Positions 1 through 14,269 of a stretch of DNA of 64,000 nucleotides are shown here, in pieces. The stretch is from NCBI RefSeq assembly GCF_009914755.1, contig NC_060947.1; one strand, written 5' to 3'. A program made the translations under genes and the position numbers. How positions within the stretch are numbered: position 1 is the stretch's first letter; each line of letters begins with the position of its first letter. This DNA comes from the human T2T-CHM13v2.0 reference genome, Homo sapiens. Under the pieces are notes generated by a model. The model saw only the letters and a program-made list of their open reading frames with translations. It was not told the DNA's origin and ran no database searches.

Positions 1-334
1 GGTGATTTGTCATAATGAACACAGTAGCTCAATAAGAACATCATATCCAATGCTGAATTGTATACTTATGATCCCTATGAGGAAGGAAACAATTGAATGT
101 CCTCCAGCTTTCATTTCCTCTAATTTACCATCAATTCATCCCTCAAAACCTACTTCATTCACAATACCTCCTCAGACATTCACAAGCTCCTGAAATGTCT
201 GTTATCATTTATCGTACAAAGACATAGCACCTTGCATGTTTACGTAAATATCAAGAATATAAATTGTGGTTTTCAATAAGAGGGCAGGCTCCTGACTGGG
301 GAGGAATCCGGATTTACAGCAGGAAAAGAGATTA

Positions 335-430
335 TTATTTATTGAGCACGTCATACACTTCTGACGCTATGCTAAGTGTGTTCACACATATTTGTGCATT
401 AAACTCTCACCAAGACCATTCACTGTAAGC
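335..430 (-). mobile_element. MIR SINE fragment
   Basis: attgagcac...tgctaagtg...cattaaactctcac resembles the MIR core; highly diverged. Confidence 0.5.
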
Positions 431-769
431 CTGACTAACAAGAATCCAGTGATCTCGCTATTCTGATTAGAACGGTTTGTGCTGATGAAATATACATATT
501 CTCTTTTCACTGATGTATCTAAAATATGATGACAAAAATGACAAGAAGTGGGCCTTACAACTTGTAGCTCATTGTACCACACAAGCACAGACAACATCAC
601 CCTTAACTCATTAAATTCCAGTGATTTAAAATGAGTTGTGTATTGGATATGGCAGAGGTATCCCTCTGAGAGAATGGACACTATACTGAAAGTCAGGAAG
701 CATAAAGCCTCCATCCAGGTTGTAAGCCTTACCCTGCTACTCATATAGTCCAGAAAATAGCAAAAATAA

Positions 770-900
770 AATGTATTTAGTGAATATTTCTTATAGCCAG
801 ACACTCTTCTAAGTATACCTATGAATTCATTCAATCTTCACAACTACATGAAGTAAGTACTATATCAACGATGTTGTATATATGAGAAAACTTGTCCTAG
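770..900 (-). mobile_element. MIR SINE fragment
   Basis: gccagacactcttctaag...tcttcacaactacatgaagtaagtactat resembles the MIR core. Confidence 0.5.
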
Positions 901-2403
901 TAGATGACAACTGAAAAGCTTCACTTCAGGGGATCTCTTCGCTTGTTTGTCAATTTTGAAATGTAATTGGTTTCTCCCTGCCCCCTGCCTTCTGCCCCAG
1001 CCCTTTGGGTATTTGAGAACCAAATTATAGAAAGAAGCACTTTGTTTTATCAATAATTTTTCTGTATAATACACTTAGTCATCTTTACTTGTCAACATTT
1101 CTTAATAATATGAATAGTAACGAGTTTCAAAACATCCGGAATATTACCTAACTCTGTACTTCAGCCTATAAACCTAGAGAATATCAATGCAATTCTATAA
1201 ATCTTTAATTTACAGGGAAATTATAATGTTATATGGTGGCTATAGGAGTGTTTTAAGAAATTTAAAGTGCTCTACATGGGTAAAGATTAACCAAGTAGAA
1301 TACTTGCTAAATGCAAGAACTTATTTCTGTTTGCCTTTGATTCGTTTTCTTAAAAAGCACGTTTACCTCAAAAACAATTCTATCTTTTTCTCTTCCTATT
1401 GCCACTGCATCAGACAAAAATGTCTCTACCCTTCTTTAACTGGGCCTTCCTGCTTCTCTGGTTCTTGATAATAATTAATTCAAGTAAAAAGAGGTTGCTT
1501 TTGGTGTTGTACATTAAAATGGGCAGTCACAGAATGCATGGAAAGGCAAGGGGAGTATGGGAGTTTAAAAAGGTAGAAACTAATGTTCACACTGCGGTAT
1601 AGCAGTTATGCAGAAAAGAAGCAAGGAGCAGAATTTGAAGAAGTCAAAGGAAAGACTTGAAGAATAAGTCTACCAGGGCAGTCCCTCTTGTCACTGAGAG
1701 CCCCTGAGAATTCTCAGCAGAAGCAATGTAAGAGAAGCAGATTTGGCCCTATATAGGGTAAAATATTCAAGAAACTCAAGTTTGAGAATAGGGAGCATTA
1801 CTCCCAGAGGGGAATGTGCACTCATGCTGCCGTAACTTGAGAAAGTTGTTTTTAACACAGACAACTACACTTTCTTTGTAATTCTCAAGCTATAATTAGG
1901 CATATGTAGACAAAGCAATTGTGTAGAATGTTCAAAAATGTCAATTCATCATGTTTTTATTTTCCACAAAGGAGAAATGTTTTTTTCTTTTTTGATGGGT
2001 CTCTCACGTTAAAAAACCAAGTTGTGAGGATTTCAGCTTTCTCTGTAGCTTATCAGTATGTTATGAGAGACATGTTGCTAAAAATAACAGGGAAGTAAAC
2101 CTAAGTCCATGTATTGGAAATAACACTAGGCCTTTCACCATTGATTTTCCTTTCCAAAACAGCTATACCAAGACTTAGATATTTCACTTAGAGACTTTAC
2201 GATTTGAAAGATACGGACTCTTGTCGTATTGCTTCTAAAATACCAGTAAAAGTTTTATTCCAGGGGCTAGGTAGCCTCAGTGGGTTGATTCAATGCTTAA
2301 GACTCAAATTTTGATAAGATGATGCCCATTTTACAGATATCAAAGCTGATATTCAGGTTGCTTAGAAAAATTCACTTTATATACATATAATAGATAGAAA
2401 TAT

Positions 2404-2405
<2 letters not shown>

Positions 2406-2444
<39 letters not shown>
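2406..2444. repeat. (CA)n microsatellite
   Basis: pure AC dinucleotide run. Confidence 0.98.
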
Positions 2445-2445
<1 letters not shown>

Positions 2446-2560
2446 CTAATGTGAAGGTCAGCACATTGTTTGAAACCGTGGAAGGTTTGAAACCTTCCAA
2501 AGTTTATGTTTATGTTTCTTTTAAAACATAATGTTTATGTTCTTTTTCTACATAAATGGG

Positions 2561-3240
2561 TTATTTTTTTAATTTTATATTTTTATTTAATTTTTCCATA
2601 GGTTATTGGGATACAGGTGGTATTTGGTTACATGAGTAAGTTCTTTAGTGGTGATTTGTGAGATTTTGGTGCACCCACCACCCGGGCAGTATACACTGCC
2701 CCATATTTGTAGTAGCTTATCCTTTGCCTCCCTCTCACTCTTCCCCTAAAATCCCCAAAGTCCATTGTATCATTCTTATGCCTTTGTGTCCTCACAGCTT
2801 AGCTCCCACATGTCAGTGAGAACATACAACGTTTGGTTTTCTATTCCTGAGTTACTTCACTTAGAATAATAGTCTCCAGTCTCATCCAGGTCACTGCAAA
2901 TGATGTTAATTCATTCCTCTTTATGGCTGCATAGGATTCCATCATGTATATATATATAATATCTATGTGATATATATCTCTCATATATATATCTATGTGA
3001 TATATATAATATCTATGTGATATATATCATATATATTTGATATATATATGTGATATATATATATCAAATATATATAATATCTATGTGATATATATAAAAT
3101 ATATATAATATCTATGTGATATATATAAAATATATATATTTCTTTATATATATATTTTATATATATATATTTTATATATATATATTTTATATATATATAT
3201 TTTATATATATATATTTTATATATATATATTTTATATATA

Positions 3241-3295
<55 letters not shown>

Positions 3296-3630
3296 ACAGT
3301 TTCTTTATCCACTCGTTGACTGATGGACATTTGGGTTGGTTCCATGATTTTGCAATTGTGAATTCTGCTGCTATAAACATGCATGTGCAAGTATCTTTCT
3401 TGAATAATGACTTATTTTCCTCTGGGTAGATTCCCAGTAGTGGGATTCCTGGATCAAATGGTAGTTCTACTTTTAGTTCTGTAAGGAATCTCCACAGTGT
3501 TTTCCATAGTGGCTGTACTAGTTTACATTCCCACCAGCAGTGTAGAAGTGTTCCCTGTTCACCACATCCACGCCAATATCAACTGTTTTTTGACTTTTTG
3601 ATTATGGCCATTCTTGCAGGAGTAAGGTGG
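2561..3630 (-). mobile_element. L1 3' end (L1PB-like), 5'-truncated
   Basis: T-rich tail, then ataggttattgggatacaggtggtatttggttacatgag; ORF 3144-3380 encodes ORF2 C-terminal MFIAAEFTIAKSWNQPKCPS. Confidence 0.9.
2947..3292. repeat. TA-rich compound repeat inside L1PB
   Basis: TCTATGTGATATATA units, then ~20-bp TATATTTTATATATATATA units, then pure (TA)n. Confidence 0.95.
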
Positions 3631-4969
3631 ATTATGTAGAAAAAGGTAAACATGTCCCAAATAGAGCAATAAAAATAACTAAAAGAATGGATAATGGGTT
3701 TCATGAGAAATGCTTAAAGAACCGTATGGCTTTCTTCACTATGAAAAATTAATATACAATGTAACCTACACATCTTCATATTACCAGTAACTAAAAAAGA
3801 GAATGTTGTTTCAAGTGCAATAAAAAAATGAAACACTTTAAAACATCAGAAAAGTACATCTGCTTTTTGAGTGCAGAAATCCTAGAGAAAAGAACCAGTT
3901 GAAGTGTCTGTTTCTGAAACACTTGAAGCAAAACACGAACAGACTCCCCTTTAACCTGGCCAAAGAGACATAGCTGGAGAAGATGCTCTCTTTATGGCCT
4001 TTTCTATGTTATTATCCGGTGATTCCATTACTTAACATTTTACAAATCATCAAAAGTCCATAGTACTTTATGATCACTCCATTTTTGCCTACCAGTAGAG
4101 TCAGGGGTGTGCAGAATTAAAAGATCTTGCCTGTTCCATGAAGTTAATCTTAACACAGTATAATGACATAAGACATGTTGATCTTTTTTTTAATTTAACA
4201 GGTCTAATAATGAAATGTCCTCAAGCAGCATTAGTGAAACTATTTTTCTCCTAAATGACATGTAGTTACGGAAGATCCTATTTAGATACACTCATTTATA
4301 TAAACCTTTTTTGTCTTATGCCTCATAACTTCAATTCATCAGAGATGAATGGCATAATGGCGTAGTGAATAAAGATTTCCTTCAAGCCATAGGTCACAAT
4401 GTGTGAAATAAATAAAAACATGTTATTACCCACAAATATCTTCTTCAATAACACTATTTTAATAGTATTTTCCCCTAGTCAACTCATCAGATTGCATTAT
4501 TAGTTTGCAGCTGAATGTATTTCTCTCCTTATTCAGTTGAGATAATTTATTTGCTTTTCAAAGTTCAGAGCTTACTCTTCAAATTAGGCTGCTCATCTGC
4601 TCTAAGATTCCTCTTCTCTATAAAGCCTGCAAAACTAATATTTTTACAACCCTAGGAGTCAACTCTTATGTGAGGGCTAAATATATCCTCTATAAAATAA
4701 TGAAATAATATATCACTGCAAACCCTAAAGGAAAGCAAATACATGGTATGTTGAGGCTTCAAGCATGGCTGGGACTGCTTGGGAAGAGGATAAGTGAGAA
4801 GTTAAAGAGACCTAGAAATATGCTTTGAAGAAATTCAGTATTGATGCTTTATGAAAATAATGCTGCATAAAATAAGGAGTTGGCTCTAACACTGAATAAG
4901 AGGAATAAGAGCATTATTTGTGAAAAATATTTATCCCGGAAAACAAGATAACATTTAGTCACAATCTAG

Positions 4970-5279
<310 letters not shown>

Positions 5280-5479
5280 AATCTAGCACCTTATTAATAT
5301 TAATCATAAACTAAATCCATGAATACACAGAGTATTTCTAAGACATTCTAAGCTTTCTGTGTGCCTTACAAAATTAGAACCTCTAAGCTTTTTCACTGTC
5401 CTGAATTTTATGTTAATTACTCCCTCACTTTTCTTCTGTATTTTTCCCAAATATGTATGCAATGTTGAAATATCTGTTT

Positions 5480-5772
5480 AGTTTTGTTGTGTTACTTCTA
5501 CAGAAATGAAATGATAATGAACCTATTACTATGTGACTTAATTTTCTTCAATATCATTTTTTCAGATACATTAATGTTAATGCATGAAGATGTAGTTCAT
5601 TGTTTACTATTGATATCTATTATTCCATCATACAAATATAATACATACTTATCCATTCTAAGATTAGCAGACATCTAGCTTGTTTCTAGTTGGAGGCGCC
5701 TATGAACAAGTTGTCTGAGTATTCTCTACATATATCTGAGATTATTTGTGTTAAGAGTTTCTGCAGGGGCAC

Positions 5773-5816
<44 letters not shown>

Positions 5817-6159
5817 TAAATTGATAGCAAAAGGGTTTGCTTATATTCATCTTTAACAGATAATATGAAAGAGTTTTTTCAATGTTGTTGTAACAATTTA
5901 TATTCTCCCCAGCCATTTGAGTTTTAGGATGCCCCATATCTATTTTCTTTCAGTTACTGGGACACTGAAGTTCGTTATATATTCTGGAGACATTTCTTTT
6001 GTCAGTTTTGTGTCACACATACTTTCTCAAATTCGTGGTTTATCTTTCCATTCCTTTTAATGTGTCTCTTGATGAATATAAATCCGTAAGTGTAACTAAA
6101 TTTACCAAAATATTGAGCTGCTTAAATAATATTTAAGAGATTTTCTCGCTAACCTACAG
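5480..6159 (-). mobile_element. Old L1M (L1ME-like) fragment
   Basis: diverged antisense L1 3'/ORF2 motifs; sequence resumes after MER58/MER3 at ~12585. Confidence 0.65.
5776..5814. repeat. (TG)n microsatellite
   Basis: pure TG run. Confidence 0.98.
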
Positions 6160-6240
6160 CAAGTGTCAGCAAACTATAGCCCACTGTCAAATTCTGGAAT
6201 GTTGTAAGTTTATGGTCTACTAAGATTGTCTTTTTAAATA
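6160..6240 (+). mobile_element. MER58 (hAT-Charlie) left arm
   Basis: caagtgtcagcaaactatagccc matches the MER58 5' TIR CAGGGGTCGGCAAACTACGGCCC. Confidence 0.75.
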
Positions 6241-9200
6241 CATATTATATATATATATATATATATATACATATTTATTTATTTATTTGTAAATTTATTT
6301 ATTGTACTTATGGGTAAATTATATATAAACATATATAGTATTTATATTTATATATAATATAAAATTATTTATATATAAATATAAATAATAATCTATGTAT
6401 TTATATACATAAATATAAATAATAATATATAATATATAATATATAAATAATAATATATAATATATATTATATATAAATATGAATAATATATAATATATAT
6501 TATATATAAATATGAATAATATATAATATATTATTTATATATAAATATAAATAATATGTCATATTATTTATATATAAATATAAATAATATGTCATATATA
6601 TTTATATATAAATATAAATATGTCATATATATTTATATATAAATATAAATATGTCATATATATTTATATATAAATATAAATATGTCATATATATTTATAT
6701 ATAAATATAAATATGTCATATATATTTATATATAAATATAAATATGTCATATATATATATAAATATAAATATGTCATATATATATAAATATAAATATGTC
6801 ATATATATATATAAATATAAATATGTCATATATATAAATATAAATATGTCATATATATATAAATATAAATATGTCATATATATATATAAATATAAATATG
6901 TCATATATATATATAAATATAAATATGTCATATATATATATAAATATAAATATGTCATATATATATAAATATAAATATGTCATATATATATAAATATAAA
7001 TATGTCATATATATATATAAATATAAATATGTCATATATATTTATATATAAATATAAATATGTCATATATATTTATATATAAATATAAATATGTCATATA
7101 TATTTATATATAAATATAAATATGTCATATATATTTATATATAAATATAAATATGTCATATATATTTATATATAAATATAAATATGTCATATATATTTAT
7201 ATATAAATATAAATATGTCATATATATTTATATATAAATATACATAGTCATATATATTTATATATAAATATAAATAGTCATATATATATATAAATATAAA
7301 TATGTCATATATATTTATATATAAATATAAATATGTCATATATATTTATATATAAATATAAATGTCATATATATTTATATATAAATATAAATGTCATATA
7401 TATTTATATATAAATATAAAAATGTCATATATATTTATATATAAATATAAATATGTCATATATATTTATATATAAATATAAATATATATAATATATTATT
7501 TATATATAAATATAAATATATATAATATATTATTTATATATAAATATATATAATACATACTATATATTTATATATAAATATAAATAATATATAATATATA
7601 TTTATATATAAATATAATATATATTATATTTATATATAAATATAAATAATATATAATATATATTAACATATAAATGTAAATATATAATTTATATTTATAT
7701 ATAAATATAAATAATATATAATATATATTTATATATAAATATAAATTATATATTTATCTTTACATATGAATAATATACAATATATATTTATATTTACATA
7801 TAAATATATATAATATATATTTATATGTAAATATAAATATATATAATATATATTTATATGTAAATATAAATAATATATAATATATATTTATATATAAATA
7901 TAAATAATATATAATATATATTTATATATAAATATAAATAATATATAATATATAAATATAAATAATATATTATATATACAAATATAAATATATGGTATAT
8001 GTTTATATATAAATATAAATATATATAATGTATATCTATATATATAAATATGAAAAATAATATATAATATATATTTATATATAAATATAAATAATAATAT
8101 ATAATATATAATTATATATAAACATGAATATATATAATTTATATTTCTATATATAAATATTTATAAATATATATTTATAAACATAAATATATAAATATAT
8201 AATTATTTAATATAAATAAATATTAAATATTTAATATAAATAAATAATAAATATTTAATATAAATATTTAATATAAAAAATAAATATTAAATATTTAATA
8301 TAAATATATAAAAATATATTTCTATCTATAAATATAAATATATAAACTTATATTTGTATATATAAATATAAATATATAAAAATATATTTGTATATATAAA
8401 TATAAGTATACAAAAATATATTGGTATATAAAAAAATAAATATACAAAAATATATTTCTATATAAATATAAATATACAAAAATATATTTATATATAAATA
8501 TCAATATACAAAAATTTATTTATATATAAATATCAATATACAAAAATTTATTTATATTTAAATATACATAAATATATTTATATTTAAATATACATAAATA
8601 TATTTATATTTAAATATACATAAATATATTTATATATATAAATATACATAAATATATTTGTATATATAAACATACATAAATATATTTATATAAATATATT
8701 TATATATTTATATATATAAATATATAAAAATATATTTATATATAAATACAGATAAATATATTTATACATATAAATATAAATATATATAAATATATTTATA
8801 TATATATAAATATATTTATATATATATAAATATATTTATATATATAAATACATTTATATATATATAAATGTATATAAATATATTTACTTATATGTATAAA
8901 TATATTTATATAAAAATATAAATATATAAATATATTTATATAAATGTATAAATATATTTATATAAATATATAAATGTATAAATATATTTACATAAATTTA
9001 TAAATGTATAAATATATTTACATAAATATATAAATATATAAATATATTTACATAAATATATAAACGTATAAATATATTTACATAAAAATATAAACGTATA
9101 AATATATTTACATAAAAATATAAACGTATAAATATATTTATACAAAAATATAAACGTATGAATATATTTATATAAAAATATAAACATATAAATATATTTA

Positions 9201-12200
9201 TATAAAAATATAAACATATAAATATATTTTATAAAAATATAAACATATAAACATATAAATATATTTATATAAAAATATAAAAATATTTATGTAGATATAT
9301 AAACATATTCATATAGATATATATATATTATAAATATATTGATATATATTATAATATTACACATTATAGTATATTTTTATATTATATTATATAATATATT
9401 TATATATATTATATTATATCTTTTATTTATATATTATATTATATATTATAATATATTTATTTCTATTATATATTATAATATATTTATTTCTAGTATATAT
9501 TATAATATATTTATATATATTATATTATATATTATAATACATTTTTATATATTATATATTATAATATATTTTTATATATTATATTATATATTATAATATA
9601 TTTTTATATGTTATATTCTATATAAATATGGCTATAATATATAAATATAAATCTATTATTATAAATATTATATATTTATATACACACATATAAATATATT
9701 ATAAATATATATATTCATATACATAAATATAAATATATTATAAATATATATATTTATATACATAAATATAAATATATTATAATTATTATTATATATTTAT
9801 ATACAAATATATTTAAATGTAAATATATTTAAATATATATAAATATATTTCTAAACTATAAATATATAAAATATAAATATATGTATAAACTATAAATATA
9901 TATAAATATATGTATATACTATAAATATATATAAATATAAGTATAAACTAAAAATATATAAATGTATAAGTATATTTATAAACTATAAATATATAAATGT
10001 ATAAGTATATCTATAAACTATAAATATATAAATATATAAGTATATCTATAAACTATAAATATATAAATATATAAGTTTATCTATAAACTATAAATAAATA
10101 TGTAAGTATATTTATAAACTATAAATATATAAATATATGTATGTTTATAAAGTATAAATACATATAAATATGTTTATAAACTATAAAGACATAAACATGT
10201 TTATGAACTATAAATACATATAAATATGTTTATAAAATATAAATATATAAATACATATAAATATATAAATATGTTTATAAAAGATAAATATATGAATATA
10301 TATTTATAAAAGATAAATACATATATATTTATAAAAGATAAACATATATATATTTATAAAAGATAAACATATATATTTATAAAAGGTAAACATATATATT
10401 TATAAAAGGTAAACATATATATTTATAAAAGATAAACATATATATTTATGAAAGATAAACATATATATTTATGAAAGATAAATATATATATTTATGAAAG
10501 GTAAATATATATTTATAAATGGCAAATATATATATATTTATAAAAGGCAAATATATATATTTATAAAAGGTAAATATATATATATTCATAAAAGGTAAAT
10601 ATATATATATTCATAAAAGGTAAATATATATATATTTATAAAAGATCAATATATATATTTATAAAAGATCAATATATATATTTATAAAAGATCAATATAT
10701 ATATTTATAAAAGATAAATATATATATTTATAAAAGATAAAAATATATATATTTATAAAAGATAAAAATATATATATTTATAAAACATAAAAATATATAT
10801 ATTTATAAAACATAAAAATATATATATTTATAAAAGATAAAAATATATATTTACAACAGATAAAAATATATGTTTACAACAGATAAAAATATATGTTTAT
10901 AACAGATAGAAATATATGTTTATAACAGATAGAAATATATGTTTATAAAAGATAGAAATATATGTTTATAACAGATAGAAATATATGTTTATAAAAGATA
11001 AATATATATGTTTATAAAAGATAAATATATATATATTTATAAAAGATAAATATATATATATTTATAAAAGATAAATATATATATATTTATAAAAGATAAA
11101 TATATATATATTTATAAAAGATAAATATATTTATTTATAAAAGATAAATATATTTACTTATAAAAGATAAATATATTTATTTATAAAAGATACATATATA
11201 AATACATATATTCAGAAAAGATACATATATAAATACATATATTCAGAAAAGATGCATATATAAATAGATATATTCAGGAAAGGTACATATATAAATAGAT
11301 ATATTCAGGAAAGGTACATATATAAATAGATATATTCAGGAAAGATAAATATATAAATAGATATATTCAGGAAAGATAAATATATAAATAGATATGTTCA
11401 GGAAAGATAAATATATAAATAGATATGTTCAGGAAAGTTAAATATATAAATAGATATGTTCAGGAAAGATAAATATATAAATAGATATGTTCAGGAAAGA
11501 TAAATATATAAATAGATATATTCATGAAAGATAAATATATAAATAGATATATTCAGGAAAGATAAACATATAAATAGATATATTCAGGAAAGATAAACAT
11601 ATGAATATATATTTAGAAAAGATAAACATGAATATATATTTAGAAAAGATAAACAAATGAATATATATTTATAGAAGATAAATATATGAATATGTACATT
11701 TATAGAAGATAAATATATGAATATGTACATATATAGAAGATAAATATATGAATATGTACATATATAGAAGATAAATATATGAATATGTACATATATCTGT
11801 AGAAGATAAATATATGAATATGTACATATATTTGTAGAAGATAAATATATGAATATATACATATATTTATTGAAGGTAAATATATAAATATATACATATA
11901 TTTATAGAAGATAAATATGTATATATATTTATAAAAGATAAATATGTATACATATATTTATAAAGGATAAATATATATACATATATTTATAAAAGATAAA
12001 TATGTATACATGTATTTATAAAAGATAAATATGTATACATGTATTTATAAAAGATAAATATGTATACATGTATTTATAAAAGATAAATATGTATACATGT
12101 ATTTATAAAAGATAAACATGTATACATATATTTATAAAAGATAAACATGTATACATATATTTATAAAAGATAAACATGTATACATATATTTATAAAAGAT

Positions 12201-12316
12201 AAACATGTATACCTATATTTATAAAAGATAAACATGTATACATATATTTATAAAATATAAATATATATAAATTTACAAATAAATGCAAATATACAACATA
12301 TATTGTATATAAATAC
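6241..12316. repeat. ~6-kb AT-rich compound minisatellite
   Basis: successive blocks of ~22-35-bp units, e.g. ATGTCATATATATTTATATATAAATATAAAT, TAAATGTATAAATATATTTACATAAATATA, ATATATTTATAAAAGATAAA, ATATATAAATAGATATGTTCAGGAAAGATAA, TATGTATACATGTATTTATAAAAGATAAA. Confidence 0.97.
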
Positions 12317-12370
12317 AAGCCTAAAATCTTCACTTTCAGGTCCTTCTCAGAAAATGTTTGCCGACCCCTG
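12317..12370 (+). mobile_element. MER58 right arm
   Basis: aagcctaaaatcttcactttcaggtccttctcagaaaatgtttgccgacccctg matches the MER58 3' end and TIR. Confidence 0.85.
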
Positions 12371-12400
12371 CCTTAGCGCCATAAGCACAGTCTTCCGTAC

Positions 12401-12584
12401 CAACACTGTCCTATAACTTTCTCTGGTGATAAAATGTTCTACAGTCTATGCTATCCAATAAGTTAGCCAATGGTCATATGTGTCTATTGGATACTTAATG
12501 TATTGAAAAAGTGTAATTTTAGTTTAATTAATTCAAATTTTAATTGCTACATGTAGTTAGTGGTTATTGTATTAAACAGCGCAG
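12401..12584 (+). mobile_element. MER3 (hAT-Charlie MITE)
   Basis: caacactgtcc...aaatgttctac...tacatgtagttagtggttattgtattaaacagcgcag matches MER3. Confidence 0.8.
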
Positions 12585-12720
12585 TCCTATGTTTTTCCAG
12601 AAGATTTAATGTTTTTGCCTTTCCAAATTAAATCTCTAATCCAGCAGGATAGATTTTTTTATGTGATATCACAGGTGAAATTTCATTTTCTCATTAATTT
12701 TCCCAGTCATTTTCTTATCA
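12585..12720 (-). mobile_element. L1ME continuation
   Basis: cctatgtttttccagaagatttaatgtttttgcctttcc continues the antisense L1 interrupted at 6159. Confidence 0.55.
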
Positions 12721-12897
12721 TTGTACAAATACAGTAATATACATGTAGCACACTAGGGTAGATGTGTGTGATAGCTGGAGGCTAGAGTCCGGTGGCAGCT
12801 TCAGAAAATCATTATCACCTGAGTTTTTTTAAAAAATTATCACTTACATAGTACTTACCATGCACTAATTTTACTTCTAAGCACTCTACAAAAATTA

Positions 12898-14056
12898 CAG
12901 ATGCTTTTCAACTTATGATAGGGCCATGTCCTGATAAACTCATTATATATAAAAAATATCATGAGAAGAAAATGTATTTAATTCTGACAGTGCAGAAGAT
13001 GGTCCCCAAATTACCATGGTTCAAATTACAATTTTTGACTGTGATTACATGAAAGTGATATGCGTTCAATAGAAAACATAGCCCCATTGTAAGTTATAGT
13101 CCTCCTTGACTTATGATGGGGTTGCCTGCAGATGAGCCCATCACAAATTAAAACATCGTAAGTATTCAGTTTATCATTGATGGGCATTTAGGTTGATTCC
13201 ATGACTTTGCTATTGTGAATAGTGCTGCAATGAACATATGCATGTATATATCTTTATAATAGAATGATTTATATTCCTTTGGGTATATACCCAGTAATGG
13301 GATTGCTGGGTCAAATGGTATTTCTGCCTCTAGGTCTTTGAGGAATTGCCACAATATCTTCCACAATGGTTGAACTAATGTATACTCCCACCAGCAGTAT
13401 AAAAGCGCTCCTTTGTCTCTGCAACCTCGCCAGCATCTGTTGTTTTTTGACTTTTTAATAATAGCCCTCCTGATTGGCATGAGATGGTATCTCATTGTGG
13501 TTTTGATTTGCATTTCTCTAATCATCAGTGATGTTGAGCTTTTTTTCATGTGTTTTTTGGCCACATGTGTGTCTTCTTAGAGAAAGTGTGGTACACATAC
13601 ACCACAAAATACTATGCAGCCATAAAAAGGAATGCGATCATTTCCTTTGCAGGGACATGGATGAAACTGGAAGCCATTATATTCAGCAAACTAATGCAGG
13701 AACAGAAAAACAAACACCACGTGTTCTCTCTTATAAATGGAAGCTGAGTGATGAAAACACATGGACACATGGGAGGGGGAGAAACACACACTGTGGGGGG
13801 CCTGTTGGTTGGGGTAGAAGGGGTGGGGGAGGGAGAGCATCAGGAAGAATTAGCTAATGGAGGACGGGTTTAATACCTAGGTGATGGGATGATCCGTGCA
13901 GAAAAATACCATGGCACATGTTTACCTATGTAACAAGCCTGCAGATGTACCCATGAACTTAAAGTTGAAGAAAAAAAAGGATTTAAATAGAAGCAAAAAA
14001 GATTTTAATAAGTAAAATGATCATAAGATGAACGACCGTAAGTCAGCAATTGGATG
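12898..14056 (+). mobile_element. MER47 (Tigger5-derived) element, split by an L1 at ~13164-14010
   Basis: TA|cagatgcttttcaacttatgatagggc start, repeated cgtaagt motifs, end gaccgtaagtcagcaattggatg|TA; TA TSD typical of Tc1/mariner; inserted in a MIR (12840-12895, 14060-14225). Confidence 0.75.
13164..14010 (+). mobile_element. L1PA (older, ~PA10-16) 3' end with 5' inversion
   Basis: 13164-13580 antisense ORF2 C-terminus (ORF 13166-13564); 13580-13980 sense ORF2 end, 3'UTR and A-tail. Confidence 0.9.
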
Positions 14057-14059
14057 TAA

Positions 14060-14225
14060 ATTAATTCTCACAGTAACACTATTATTAGCCATACTTTTCA
14101 CACGGGGAAACTAAGACACAATGAGAATATCTAAGAACCTATAGATAGTAAGTTCCAGAAGCAGGATTTGGACCCAGGCAGTTTGGCACCAAAGTTCATT
14201 CTCTTAAATCACTACCCTACACTGG
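14060..14225 (-). mobile_element. MIR
   Basis: ggggaaactaagacac...gcaggatttggacccaggcagtttggcaccaaagttc. Confidence 0.75.
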
Positions 14226-14269
14226 CTTAGCAAATAATGACTTCCCTTCCAAAATATATTCATTTAATT

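Noticed and set aside
382-834. 150-aa minus-strand ORF
   Set aside because: Begins at a non-ATG start, overlaps MIR fragments at both ends, and shows no recognisable domain
1347-1464. Possible minus-strand exon with donor GAG|GTAAAC
   Set aside because: Weak acceptor and stop codons in all three frames
1704-1717. 14-bp palindrome CTGAGAATTCTCAG
   Set aside because: Expected by chance in 64 kb
3116-3380. Y/I/K-rich ORFs
   Set aside because: Translations of TA repeats fused to an L1 ORF2 remnant
6557-12250. Regular ~30-bp repeats as a CRISPR-like array, and the ORFs within them
   Set aside because: Units are head-to-tail with no unique spacers, there are no cas genes, and the context is primate; the ORFs are low-complexity artefacts
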